Shown in pieces: positions 10,829-21,343 of a DNA stretch of 64,000 bases. The stretch is from the NCBI GenBank assembly GCA_002269645.1, contig NIVC01000446.1, positions 124,001 through 188,000 of the forward strand, given 5' to 3'. The notes below the pieces were generated by a model. It had not been told where the DNA came from and did not search any database. It saw only the letters and a program-made list of their open reading frames with translations. The translations under genes were made by a program, and so were the position numbers. Positions within the stretch are counted from its first letter, which is position 1. Each line of letters begins with the position of its first letter. The stretch is from Macrostomum lignano. Its lineage: Eukaryota.

Positions 10829-13752
10829 ATGACAAGCAAACGTAAACAACCTGATTTGGACTCCGAGGATGGCGAGCAGTCTACGAATGCCAAGATTGCT
10901 AAAATTATGATTGGTAGGTCATTTTTTAATCTAATTAAAGAAGGCACCAAACCTTACCAGGTGCTAAACTAGTGCTTCAACTCTCACCGTCGGAAAAAAA
11001 ACAGGCGGGTTCTAGTCTAAGGTGACTATCCAAGTTCTAGGGTCAACATCCGGGTTCTAGGGTCAACATCCGGGTTCTAGGGTCAACATCCGGGTTCTAG
11101 GGTCAACATCCGGGTTCTAGGGTCAACATCCGGGTTCTAGGGTCAACATCCGGGTTCTACGGTCACCATCCGGGTTCTAGGGTCAACATCCGGGTTCTAG
11201 GGTCAACATCCGGGCTCTAGGGTCAACATCCGGGTTCTAGGGTCAACATCCGGGTTCTAGGGTCACCATCCGGGTTAGAAGGTCACCATCCGGGTTCCTG
11301 GGTCAACATCCTGGTTCGAAGGTCACCATTCCGGGTTCGAAGCTCACTATCCGGGTTCTAAAGTCACCATATCGGTTCTACGGTCACCATCCGGGTTCGA
11401 AGGTCACCATCCGGGTTCTAAGGTCACCATCCGGGTTCTAAGATCACCATCCGGGTTCCGGGATCACTATCCGGGTTCTAAGGTCACCGTCCAGCTTCTA
11501 AGGTCTTCATCTGGGTTCTAAGTTCACCAATCGGGTTCTAGGGTCACCATTTAACATTCACCTTTAATGTTTCAATGTATCATTAATGTTGAACTTGAAA
11601 TCTCGCCAACAACAAACAAACAGAGCTATCCAACTACGAGAAGAACAAGAACCGCAATCTGTTCAAATTCAAAGCCTATCGCAAGGCCGCCGACCTTATT
11701 AAAACGCATCCGACACCAATTAAAAGTGGCAAACAGGCCAAAGAAATGGTAAAGAATCTTATATTTTCTGTCTTTAACAAAATATTTTTACAATTAGAAA
11801 CAACAACAACAAAAAACTCTGTTCATTCAATCGCATTCAGAACGGTATCGGCGATAAGATTGCTAAAAAAATTGACGAGATCCTGACCACCGGTTCGTTA
11901 AAAAAGCTCTGCGAAGTTAAACAGGACGATGAAGCCAATAGCATTAATGAGCTGACCAAAATCAGCGGGGTTGGGTAGGTTACTGTGGAGACTATTTTTT
12001 CTATGTTATTGAAAACTATGAATACTACAGTCTACATTGCGCTTGTAGACCAGCCCTAGCTAAGAAGCTTGTTAATGAAGGCATCAAATCTGTTGAAGAA
12101 TTGAAGAAGCATCCTGGCAAACTTAATCATCAACAGAAAATTGGATTGAAGTGAGCCTCTTACAATTATGTTGCTTAATTCTGTCTGCTCATAAAGTGGA
12201 TCATTCTGTCTGCTCATAGAGTAGATCATTCTGTCTGCCCATAGTGGATCATTCTGTCTGCTCATAAAGTAGATCATTCTGTCTGCTCATATAGTGGATC
12301 ATTCTGTCTGCTTCTGTTTAGAGTCGATCATTTTGTCTGCTCATATAGTGGATCATTCTGTCTGCTCATAGAGTCGATCATTCTGTCTGCTCATATAGTA
12401 GATCATTCTGTCTGCTCATAGTGGATCATTCTGTCTGCTCATAGAGTCGATCATTATGTCTGCTCATAGTGGATCATTCTGTCTGCTCATAGAGTCGATC
12501 ATTCTGTCTGCTCATAGAGTGGATCATTCTGTCTGCTCATAGAGTAGATCATTCTGTCTGCTCATAGTGGATCATTCTGTCTGCTCATAGAGTCGATCAT
12601 TATGTCTGCTCATAGTGGATCATTCTGTCTGCTCATAGAGTCGATCATTATGTCTGCTCATAGTAGATCATTCTGTCTGCTCATAGAGTCGATCATTCTG
12701 TCTGCTCATAGGTACTTCGAAGACCTGGAGCTTCGCATTCCTCGCGCCGAGATGCTCCAACTCGAAGAGCTGGTGCTGTCCGAGGCCAAAAAAATCGACC
12801 CGGATCTGATTGCCACCGCCTGCGGCAGCTTCAGGCGCGGCGCATCCAGCAGCGGCGACATCGACTTTCTGTTGACGCACCAAACTTTCACGGAGGAGAC
12901 CAGAGCCCGAGAGGCCAAGTCTAAGGATAAAAAGAAGGGCAACCATTTGGACCAGCTGATCACTAGGCTGAAGAATTGTGGGTTCATTACGGACGTCATC
13001 TCTCACGGCCAGCTTAAATTTATGGTGAGCTCTTCTTTTGCCTTCAACCTGACTGCCTTTTCCGCCCTTTCCCGCTCCCCTTCCGCCCTCTCTTCGGCTC
13101 TCCTTTCCGCCCCATCCTCCGCTGCCCTTTCCCCCTCTCTCCCACCCCTTTCCGCCCCATCCTCCGCTCCCCTTTCCCCCCTCTCTCCCACCCCTTTCCG
13201 CCCCTTTTCCGCTCCCCTTTCCCCTTCTCTCCCGTCCCCTTTCCGCCTTCTCTTCCACTCTCATTCGGCCCCCCTTTCCGCCCCCTTTTCCTGCTCCACT
13301 TCCGCCCCCTCTCGCTCCTCTTTCCACCCTCTTTCATGCTCCCCTTACCGCCCCATTTCCGCCCCCTTTCCCGCTCCTCTTTCTGCCCTCTCTCTCGCTC
13401 CCCTTAGCTCCCTTTTCCCACTCTGCTCTGCGAATTTGTTCAATCAAGCAAATCAATTTCACTGCAGGGCATCTGCAAGCTGGACTCGTCCCAGCATCAT
13501 CGCCGAATAGATTTCCAGCTGATCCCATTCGAGCAATACTATTGCGGCCTGATCCACTTCACCGGCAGCGATCTGTTTAATATCTATCTGCGAGGCGAGG
13601 CGCACAAGCAGGGCTTCATACTGAATGAGTACAGTTTGAGGCCGCTAGGCAGTACAGGTGTCCCAGGGGAGCCGCTGCCTGTCACGTCTGAGGAGGACGT
13701 ATTCGACTATCTCGGTATTGAGTACAAAGGCCCAACCGAGCGATCGCACTGA
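10829..13752 (+). CDS. POLB: DNA polymerase beta (X family), 6 exons, ~347 aa
   Basis: Exons 10829-10913, 11624-11748, 11841-11974, 12049-12150, 12712-13024, 13468-13752 join in frame. Motifs KAYRKAA, GIGDKIAKKIDE (dRP-lyase Lys), GSFRRGASSSGDIDFLLTH, RRID, FTGSD, NEYSLRPLG..GEPLPV. Confidence 0.96.
11033..11550. repeat. 20-bp minisatellite, POLB intron 1
   Basis: CCGGGTTCTAGGGTCAACAT. Confidence 0.95.
12178..12711. repeat. 27-29-bp minisatellite, POLB intron 4
   Basis: GATCATTCTGTCTGCTCATAG core; the last copy is the splice acceptor. Confidence 0.95.
13055..13425. repeat. C/T-rich low-complexity tract, POLB intron 5
   Basis: CCCCTTTCC-type units. Confidence 0.85.
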
Positions 13753-13864
13753 TTTATTTTGTTTAAAAACTATTGATCAATTTTATACTACTTACTATAA
13801 AATTATCTTAGTTTTTTATAAAACTATTTACTCAAATTTGTTACTTTACTCAAATATACTAAAT

Positions 13865-14165
13865 CCCGGGCTCGATTCCAAGTGCAGTCTCACATTAATT
13901 TTTTGAGCTGAATTGAAGTCTTGGCTTGGCTCTGCTCGTGCCGTTAACGGCCTTGGTGGTCAAGTGAAGTGTACATGCCTAACGATAAATAAAGTTATGG
14001 CTGCTGTACACTTCTGTGTGAGTGTGTGCCTGTGCGTATGACTGCGTACGTATCCGTGCGCTTGTGTGCCTGCTCAGGGGAGTCGGCGGAACGGGCAGTA
14101 ATGCCTCTCGCTGGTTGTGTGACAATGTCGCTTAAAGTGCGCCAGGGTGCACACCCCCTGCATCT
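13865..14165 (+). mobile_element. SINE family 1, 5'-truncated copy
   Basis: Shares GCTCGATTCCAAGTGC, GTACATGCCTAACGATAAATAAAGTTA and GCCTGCTCAGGGGAGTCGGCG with 14985-15230. Confidence 0.65.
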
Positions 14166-14670
14166 AATAAAAATACTGTTTTCGCACATTTTATCCTTTG
14201 AGGTTTTTCTTTTAGCTTAAAGCTGTGATCTCTTCAAAGTTATACTTTAGGTTTTTATTACTGTATATATTGTCCTTTTTTATTTTTATTCCTATTTTAA
14301 ATACACGCAACATTACCAGTAGTAGAAAAAAAATAATCACGGATTTGACTTTGTTTGTCATTTATATTATTAGCTATTTCTAAAAGTCAGTTTTATTCTC
14401 AACAGGTAAAAATAGTCATTGAGTTCGCATTCTGTCCGCCGCAAAAGTGCCAGAATGCAATGAAAATCTTGCTTGTAATAAGTATTGAAGCAAGTGCTAC
14501 TATTAGTAGTAGCAAGGTTTTTATCAGTGTATGGAAGTTTATAAAAGTCAGGAAGTTTAATTCTTGTATTAGTAATACTCTTATTCACATGGTTCAGAAG
14601 TAGTTAGTTTACATAGGAAAAAGCACATAGGTAAACTACATACAAAAAAGTGCGTCAATTTTCAAATTAA

Positions 14671-17600
14671 CTAAGTCCCATTAGCTTTCGCCTGCGCAGT
14701 CTGTTGCTCTCCTATTCGTCCACCCAATTGAGTCCATCGTTTCCTAGCAATCTGAGTTCTGTTGACCTCCTTCAGCTTCTCATAGACGCCAAGGTTGAAG
14801 CCGAACTCTGTTCTTTGGGCTAGCATTATTGGCGTCTCGTTGCGCTGGAAGAATTATTTGACGATAATGAGGAATGGAGATGCACTTAGTTACCATGGGG
14901 AGCGTTGGGTACCGCAACAGGTCAAAGGCGACAGCCAGGGGGCCGTAGCCCAGTGGTCCAGCGCGGTGCTCTGATGTGCCAGCGGCCCAGGCTCGATTCC
15001 AAGTGCTGTCACATTAATTTGGAGCTAAATTGGAATCTCGGCTTGGCTCTGCTTGTGCAGTTAACGACTTTGAGGGCCAACCCCCCCCCCAAGGCACAGT
15101 AGTGTACATGCCTAACGATAAATAAAGTTAGGGCCGCTGTACACTCCTGTGTGAGTGTGTGCCTGCTCAGGGGAGTCGGCGAAATGGGGGGGGCAGTAAT
15201 GCTCCATGTGCTTCAGGGTGCACACAGCCCCTAACCTCTAAAAAATGCGACCTCCCGCAAAGAGGCAACCAGTTATGCCCATTTCGCTTACCTATTTTTA
15301 CCTTGAGGGCCAGATGATCTACTTACCTTATAAGAGTAAGATGAGAGAGGGGAGGAAAGGGAGATTAGAGAAAAGGAAAGAGACGGGCGAGAGGAGATGG
15401 GATGCGAAAAGATAATAGGAGAGAAGAAAGCTGAGAAGAGAAGAGACACAAACCTTTAAGCGGGCCGCATTGCTATTGTGAAGGTTCAAGGACCCGTGTG
15501 CCGCATCTGGACGCTAACCCTTGTGCATGAAAATTGCCCGCCGAAGTTTGCTCACATTTGCATTTCACCCATAATAATTAACGTGTATTTTATTTACATG
15601 ATCAAAAGTTCTTTACTCTCGTACTGTTGTAACAAGAGTTCTAAGGTCGTCCTCAAATTTCATTTATCACTGCTCATTTTAACAAGCAATTAGGGACGGC
15701 TTTGAGGATCTCTGGGCTCCGGAACACGGGATTAATAGGACCAGTTGATCGAGTATATATGAGATTAAAAAAAATTGAACTCGTGTAAGACTAAGACTTT
15801 GTCTTAGCAAAGTAATATTGAATATAGCTCATTGCTAGAGTGCAAACTTCGGCGGGCAATTTTTCCATAAGGCAACTTTCGTACTTCCACACAGCGGCCC
15901 TGACTTTCTTATTGTCAGACAATGTTCACACTTTACGCTACGCCTCAGGGCTTGACCTTCATGGGTCTTCAGCACAAGAGTCAGACACGCTCACCACTGG
16001 GCGAAACTCCGGATATTTGCTGACTTTTTGCAGTAAAATTAACGGTAGTTTACCTTGTTTTTAACGTTGACAATGGCATTCTTGCTGAGAAAGAAGTCCA
16101 CAAGCTCCTCTTGGTCTCGCCTGACCACAATGTGCAATGGCGTGTCGGCCATCTGTCATGTTTTGCGAAAAAAAATGTATTGCTTAAACTTTGTTTTAGT
16201 TGGGGCTCGGGTATCTATAAAAATCATCTGGACTAAATTCTCGGTAACAGAGAAAAGACAACTTTTGAGCGGCCCGGATTGCTATTGTGAAGTTTCAAAG
16301 GACCCGAGGACCATAGAACGCTTCACTTTATAAGTTCATGCTTAAGGGTGAATCGTCGGATTAAAAATTGCTCGCTAAAACATCCCCCTGGAAAACAATC
16401 TCTAAGCTTCCAGACTTACATTATCGGTAGTGCGAACATTCGGGTTCGTACTGGGATAATTAGTCCACAGCTGCTCCAGTTCGGCCAGTTTCTTCTTGCT
16501 AGTCAAACTTTTGTCTGCTAGAATTTCGTGCACCGAACGGCCTCGTTTCTGCGGCTGCGGTGGCGGGGGCGGTCGCGCCGGCTCCGGTCGCTTACTGCCG
16601 CGAAGCAACTCTTCGACGTCTTTGTAATCTCGCTCTATTGACATCGTCAGGGCGTCTTTGTTTTCCTGTACATTTCCCGGAATAAAAGTCAGTCTTTTGT
16701 ATTACAGCGTCTGGGATGATTACCGTACGATTCCACAGCCATGAGGGCCAACCTCTAAGGCTCAGCGAGTGCACATATATTGCACCCTGTGTGAGCGCGC
16801 GTGTGCTCAGGGGTCAGCGGGTGGTGCCCAAAGCTCCCTTGCAATATATGCGACCGTCAGCTCAGCCGCAGCTATTGTGCGGCGCATCTAAAGGCTGCGT
16901 ACAGCTGTTCAGTCCAAGGACTGGGGGGTCGCCACACAACCTCAATTACCCCAGCTAATGCTGGCACCCATTTTACAGCTGGGTGAACTGAACAAATGCA
17001 GAGTTAAGTATCTTTGGTCAAGGAAACAAACCTTTCAGTCGTGAGTCCGACGATCTAACGGCCAACAGGCCCTTAGTCAACCTTGGGGTTTGGCAACTCA
17101 AAGGGCTTTGGGCGTTGTAGTAGGTAGCAGCGTTTTAAACTGCTCGTAGTAGGAGCAGTTTAACTAGAAGTGACGTTTAGTAGCTCACCTTGTTTTTCGG
17201 CTCTTTTGGTACCCCGGCTTTCAGCAGAGCTTTAATGACGTCAATCATCTCTTGATCGTGCGGCAGTGAACTGATGGCCAGTTGGATAGCCGTGTTTCCG
17301 TGCTGCATTGAGAATTTTAAAGATACAATTATCAAGCTCAGTATAATTGGTAAATTGTATTTTAATGTCTAAAAGCAGACGGACGCTACGCTTGCCAAAC
17401 GTGCCACTTGAGGCTGGTTTTTGCTGCTAAAAGTGCATTGGCGTGAAAGAAGAAGGGAAATAATGCTGTTTACATAACGTTAAATTGCTGAGTTTCGTCC
17501 GTCTAACTTTGACTTCTCTCCTTACTGCTATCTCATTAGCTGAGCTAGATTAGGCCTGTCCACTACGGAGTTTCGTCCGTCTGACTTTGACCTCTCTCCT

Positions 17601-19901
17601 TGCTGCTCTCTCATTGGCTGAGCTAGATTGGGCCTGCCCCCTTAGGCTGAGTTTCGGTCTGGCTTTGACCTCTCCTTACTGCTCTCTCATTGGCTGAGCT
17701 AGATTGGGCCTGCCCCCTAGGCTGAGTTTCATCGGTCTAACGCTGACATCTCTCCTTACTGCTCTCTCATTGGCTGAGCTAGATTGGGCCTGCCCCCTAG
17801 GCTGAGTTTTGTCCGTCTGACTTTGACTTCTCTCCTTACTGCTCTCTTATTGGCTGAGCTAGATTGGGCCTGCACCCCCCCCCCCCTAGGCTGAGTTTCG
17901 TCCGTCTTGCGTTGCGTCACTTGTGTACATCAAGTTAAACCCTCAGGGAGGCAAGGAAATTTTAGTTACCACATTCAATTCCTAATGAATAGACGCTTTA
18001 CTTTTGCACCACTGATTGCGAGTAGCATGTCTAACTATTTTGGTAGTTAATGACTCGATGCTTACATCGTCGACGCTTCTCGGGTCCACGCCTGAGCTGC
18101 CTAGCGAATCGATTACTTGCGCCTTGTTCCGTCGCGACTCGAGCACCGCTCTGTGGTAGCACAGCATGTCTTGCAGCAGCTGCAACGGGTTGTGACGGCT
18201 ACAGATAAAGACTAGCATCAATTCATAATAGAAACCCTTCTTCTTAGTATAAATATAGCTACATCTACCTTCGCCTGCTGTTCATCCGTGCTCATCCTTC
18301 CCGCCAGCTGTTTCACTCCCTCCGCGTTGCCCTGCTGAATTGCCGTCTCCAGCAGATCGCCGTCGTTTTTCCTATTTGCTCCGAATTTCTCCTTCCAATT
18401 GTAGATGTCAATCTCGTGCCGGCGCTCCGGGTGTCGCTCGATTTCTTCTAGTAGAGCGGCCAGATCTGCGTAGCCCTTGGCGTAGGCATAGTCCTTGGGC
18501 GTTCGTTCGGCCTATGAGTGCGGTGGGTTGAGCGCTTTCAGAAAGATTCATTTCATTCATTTGTCAACTGCCCTTTGATAGACATTGTCAAAGGGCCGAT
18601 GTGTACCCCTGTGTGAGAATTGCCTCAGCGTTGAGGTTGTTGGATGATGTTGTCGAAGGCAATATAAGCCTCTTATGGTCTTCTAATGAAGGGAAGGTAA
18701 AATAACACACGAAATGCTCATTACTAACAAAATTTCTCAAGTTCGGCACGGCTCCCTCTTTCAGAAGCAGCGGCACAGAAATTTCGGCGTTAAACAGCTT
18801 GCTGTAGATAATCGCCAGGTGCAAACTGGTGTTGCCGTCTGGGGTGCATTTGGCGTCCCTGTCTGCGCCGTAGTACAGCAGGTAGTTGATGAGATCCTCC
18901 AGGTATGGCGGCTCGGGACTGACCACCGCCACGTGTAGCGGCGTCAGGCCGTTCTGATTTCGACCGTCGATGTTGCGTCGATGACCTTCGTCACTTTCCA
19001 GCAGCTGGATGAGCAGGTCGATCTCTTGGCGCAGGCACAGGTCGTGAAGCACGTAGGGCTGGATATGGGGAAAGGTTGAGATGTCTCTTACTTATTCACA
19101 AGCTGCTGTCGTTACTCTCCGATTGTCACTCTCATCGTCACTCTACAGTTGTCACTCTCATCTTCACTCTATGATTGTCACTCTCCTAGTTACTCCATGA
19201 CTTTCACTCTTTTTAATCGTCACTCAAATGACTGTCACTCTCTCAATCGTCACCGAAATGACTGTCACTCTCTCAATCGTCACCCAATGACTCATTCTCT
19301 CAATCGTCACCCAAATGACTGTCACTCTCTCAATCGTCACCCAATGACTCATTCTCTCAATCGTCACCCAATGACTCACTCTCTCAATCGTCACCCAAAT
19401 GACTGTCACTCTCTCAATCGTCACCCAATGACTCATTCTCTCAATCGTCACCCAAATGACTGTCACTCTCTCAATCGTCACCCAATGACTCATTCTCTCA
19501 ATCGTCACCCAATGACTCACTCTCTCAATCGTCACCCAAATGACTGTCACTCTCTCAATCGTCACCCAAATGACTGTCACTTTTTCAATCGTCGCCCAAA
19601 TGCGTCACCCAAATGACTGTCACTCTCTCAATCGTCACCCAAATGACTTCACTTTTTCAATCGTCGCCCAAATGCGTCACCCAAATGACTGTCACTCTCT
19701 CAATCGTCACCCAAATGCGTCACCCAAATGACTGTCACTCTCTCAATCGTCACCCAAATGCGTCACCCAAATGACTGTCACTCTCTCAATGGTCACGTGA
19801 CTAAACCGGCTCACATCTTTCAGCTGTTCATCCTTTCTGCTGATCCGAATAATCGCGTCCAAGTTGTCGAATCCTCTCTGCTCTGCCTGGCGCCGGCTCA
19901 T
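14671..19901 (-). CDS. Ankyrin-repeat protein B, 8 exons, ~468 aa
   Basis: Exons 19901-19815, 19058-18729, 18511-18269, 18179-18066, 17302-17189, 16665-16420, 16152-16054, 14844-14671, all phase 0. ANK motifs NGLTPLHVAV, DGNTSLHLAI, HGNTAIQLA, MADTPLHIVV; Pro-rich linker. Confidence 0.8.
14938..15245 (+). mobile_element. tRNA-derived SINE family 1, near full length
   Basis: A box TAGCCCAGTGG at 14946 and B-box-like GGCTCGATTCC at 14990; body shared with 13865-14165. Confidence 0.65.
15530..15863. mobile_element. Small MITE-like element
   Basis: Perfect 22-bp inverted repeat AAAATTGCCCGCCGAAGTTTGC at 15530-15551 and 15842-15863. Confidence 0.5.
16845..17058 (-). mobile_element. SINE family 2, partial copy
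   Basis: Reverse complement matches 55390-55570 (TTAACTCTGCAT..CAGCTGTAAAATGGGTGCCAG..AGCTGGGGTAATTGAG). Confidence 0.7.
17485..17905. repeat. ~80-bp tandem repeat, ankyrin B intron 4
   Basis: GCTGAGTTTCGTCC..CATTGGCTGAGCTAGATTGGGCCTGCCCCCTAG, about 5 copies. Confidence 0.9.
19110..19795. repeat. 27/30-bp minisatellite, ankyrin B intron 1
   Basis: TCTCAATCGTCACCCAAATGACTGTCACTC. Confidence 0.95.
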
Positions 19902-20429
19902 CCTCTTTCAGATGCAGAATTAGCGCGTTGTTAAAAAAATGGCTAGTAAAATCTTCTGGCACTGCTCCTAAGAGCACCAATCTTCAACAGCAAAATCAGT
20001 TGCAGCTTGCACGCTGCACCCAGTTTGAAAGTACAACTCTGTATAACAGCTTCACGAGTGCTATTATAACTTGCGCGCTGAGCAGGGCTTGAGTTGAAGC
20101 TGCACATTCTTTTATTTTGCTTCTCCGTTGCTACGTGAAAGAGAGTTGAGCCCAACACCCCAACACGTTCGTGCCCTCGGTGTGTACATCGGAGGCTTGA
20201 GCGTTTGTGCTCAGCTCTCTTCTCTGCCGCTCACCTCTTGCCCAGCTGGACCAATTGTATGCATTCTCTGACTTAGATTGGAGAGGTAGTGGCAAGGACT
20301 ACTACTACTAGTAGTCCATGTACTCCCTTCTGGGGTAGCTGCATGGCCTTCGCGTACTGCCACCGTTTGTGTCACTTCTTTGAAGCAATTCTAATTGAAT
20401 CGCTCTCTCTTTTCCATATCTCCCCTTAA

Positions 20430-21060
20430 ACTTATCCTCTCTCACCCTGTCATCTCATCCTCTCACCTGTCATCTCATCCTCTTTCACCTGTCACCTCAT
20501 CCTCTCTCACCCTGTCATCTCATCCTCTCTCACCCTGTCATCTCATCCTCTTTCACCTATCATCTCATCCTCTCTCACCCTGTCATCTCATCCTCTTTCA
20601 CCTGTCATCTCATCCTCTCTCACCCTGTCATCTCATTCTCTCTCACCCTGTCATCTCATCCTCTCATCCTCTTTCACCTGTCATCTCATCCTCTCTCACC
20701 TGTCATCTCATCCTCTTTCACCTGTCATCTCATCCTCTTTCACCTGTCATCTCATCCTCTTTCACCTGTCATCTCATCCTATTTCACCCTGTCATCTCAT
20801 CCTCTTTCACCCTGTCCTCTCATCCTCTTTCACCTATCATCTCATCCTATTTCACCTATCATCTCATCCTCTTTCACCTATCATCTCATCCTCTTTCACC
20901 CAGTCATCTCATCTCTTTCACCCCTTCACCTCATCCTCTCTGAATCGTCACCTCATCCTCTCTTAATCTTCATCTCATCCTCTCTGAATCTTTATCTCAT
21001 CCTCTCTGAATCTTCATCTCATCCTCAATCTTCATCTCATCCTCTCTCAATCTTCATTTC
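20430..21060. repeat. 22-23-bp minisatellite between the ankyrin genes
   Basis: TCATCTCATCCTCTTTCACCTG. Confidence 0.93.
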
Positions 21061-21343
21061 GTCCTCAAAGCAAAGGCCTACAGTTTTTGTTTCATAAAAC
21101 TAGCCATATCACTTGTTTATTATGCAGTAAATATTATCGAAATATTTATTTATTTCATGTTCTTTTACTCGCCTTCAGAAACAAAAAGATTTTAATTTTT
21201 TAAACGCAAAGCATATTCGAATAAAACTTGAGCATGGAAAGTCAAAATGAAAATTAGACTCAAAACATATTTAGTTTACGCTCGCGCATGCGCGATTTAC
21301 TCAAAACAGCTCGTGCTATGAATGGCTTTAGCCATTAATTCTT

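Noticed and set aside
21283-21292. GCGCATGCGC NRF1-like motif upstream of ankyrin B
   Set aside because: A single short motif with no supporting evidence.
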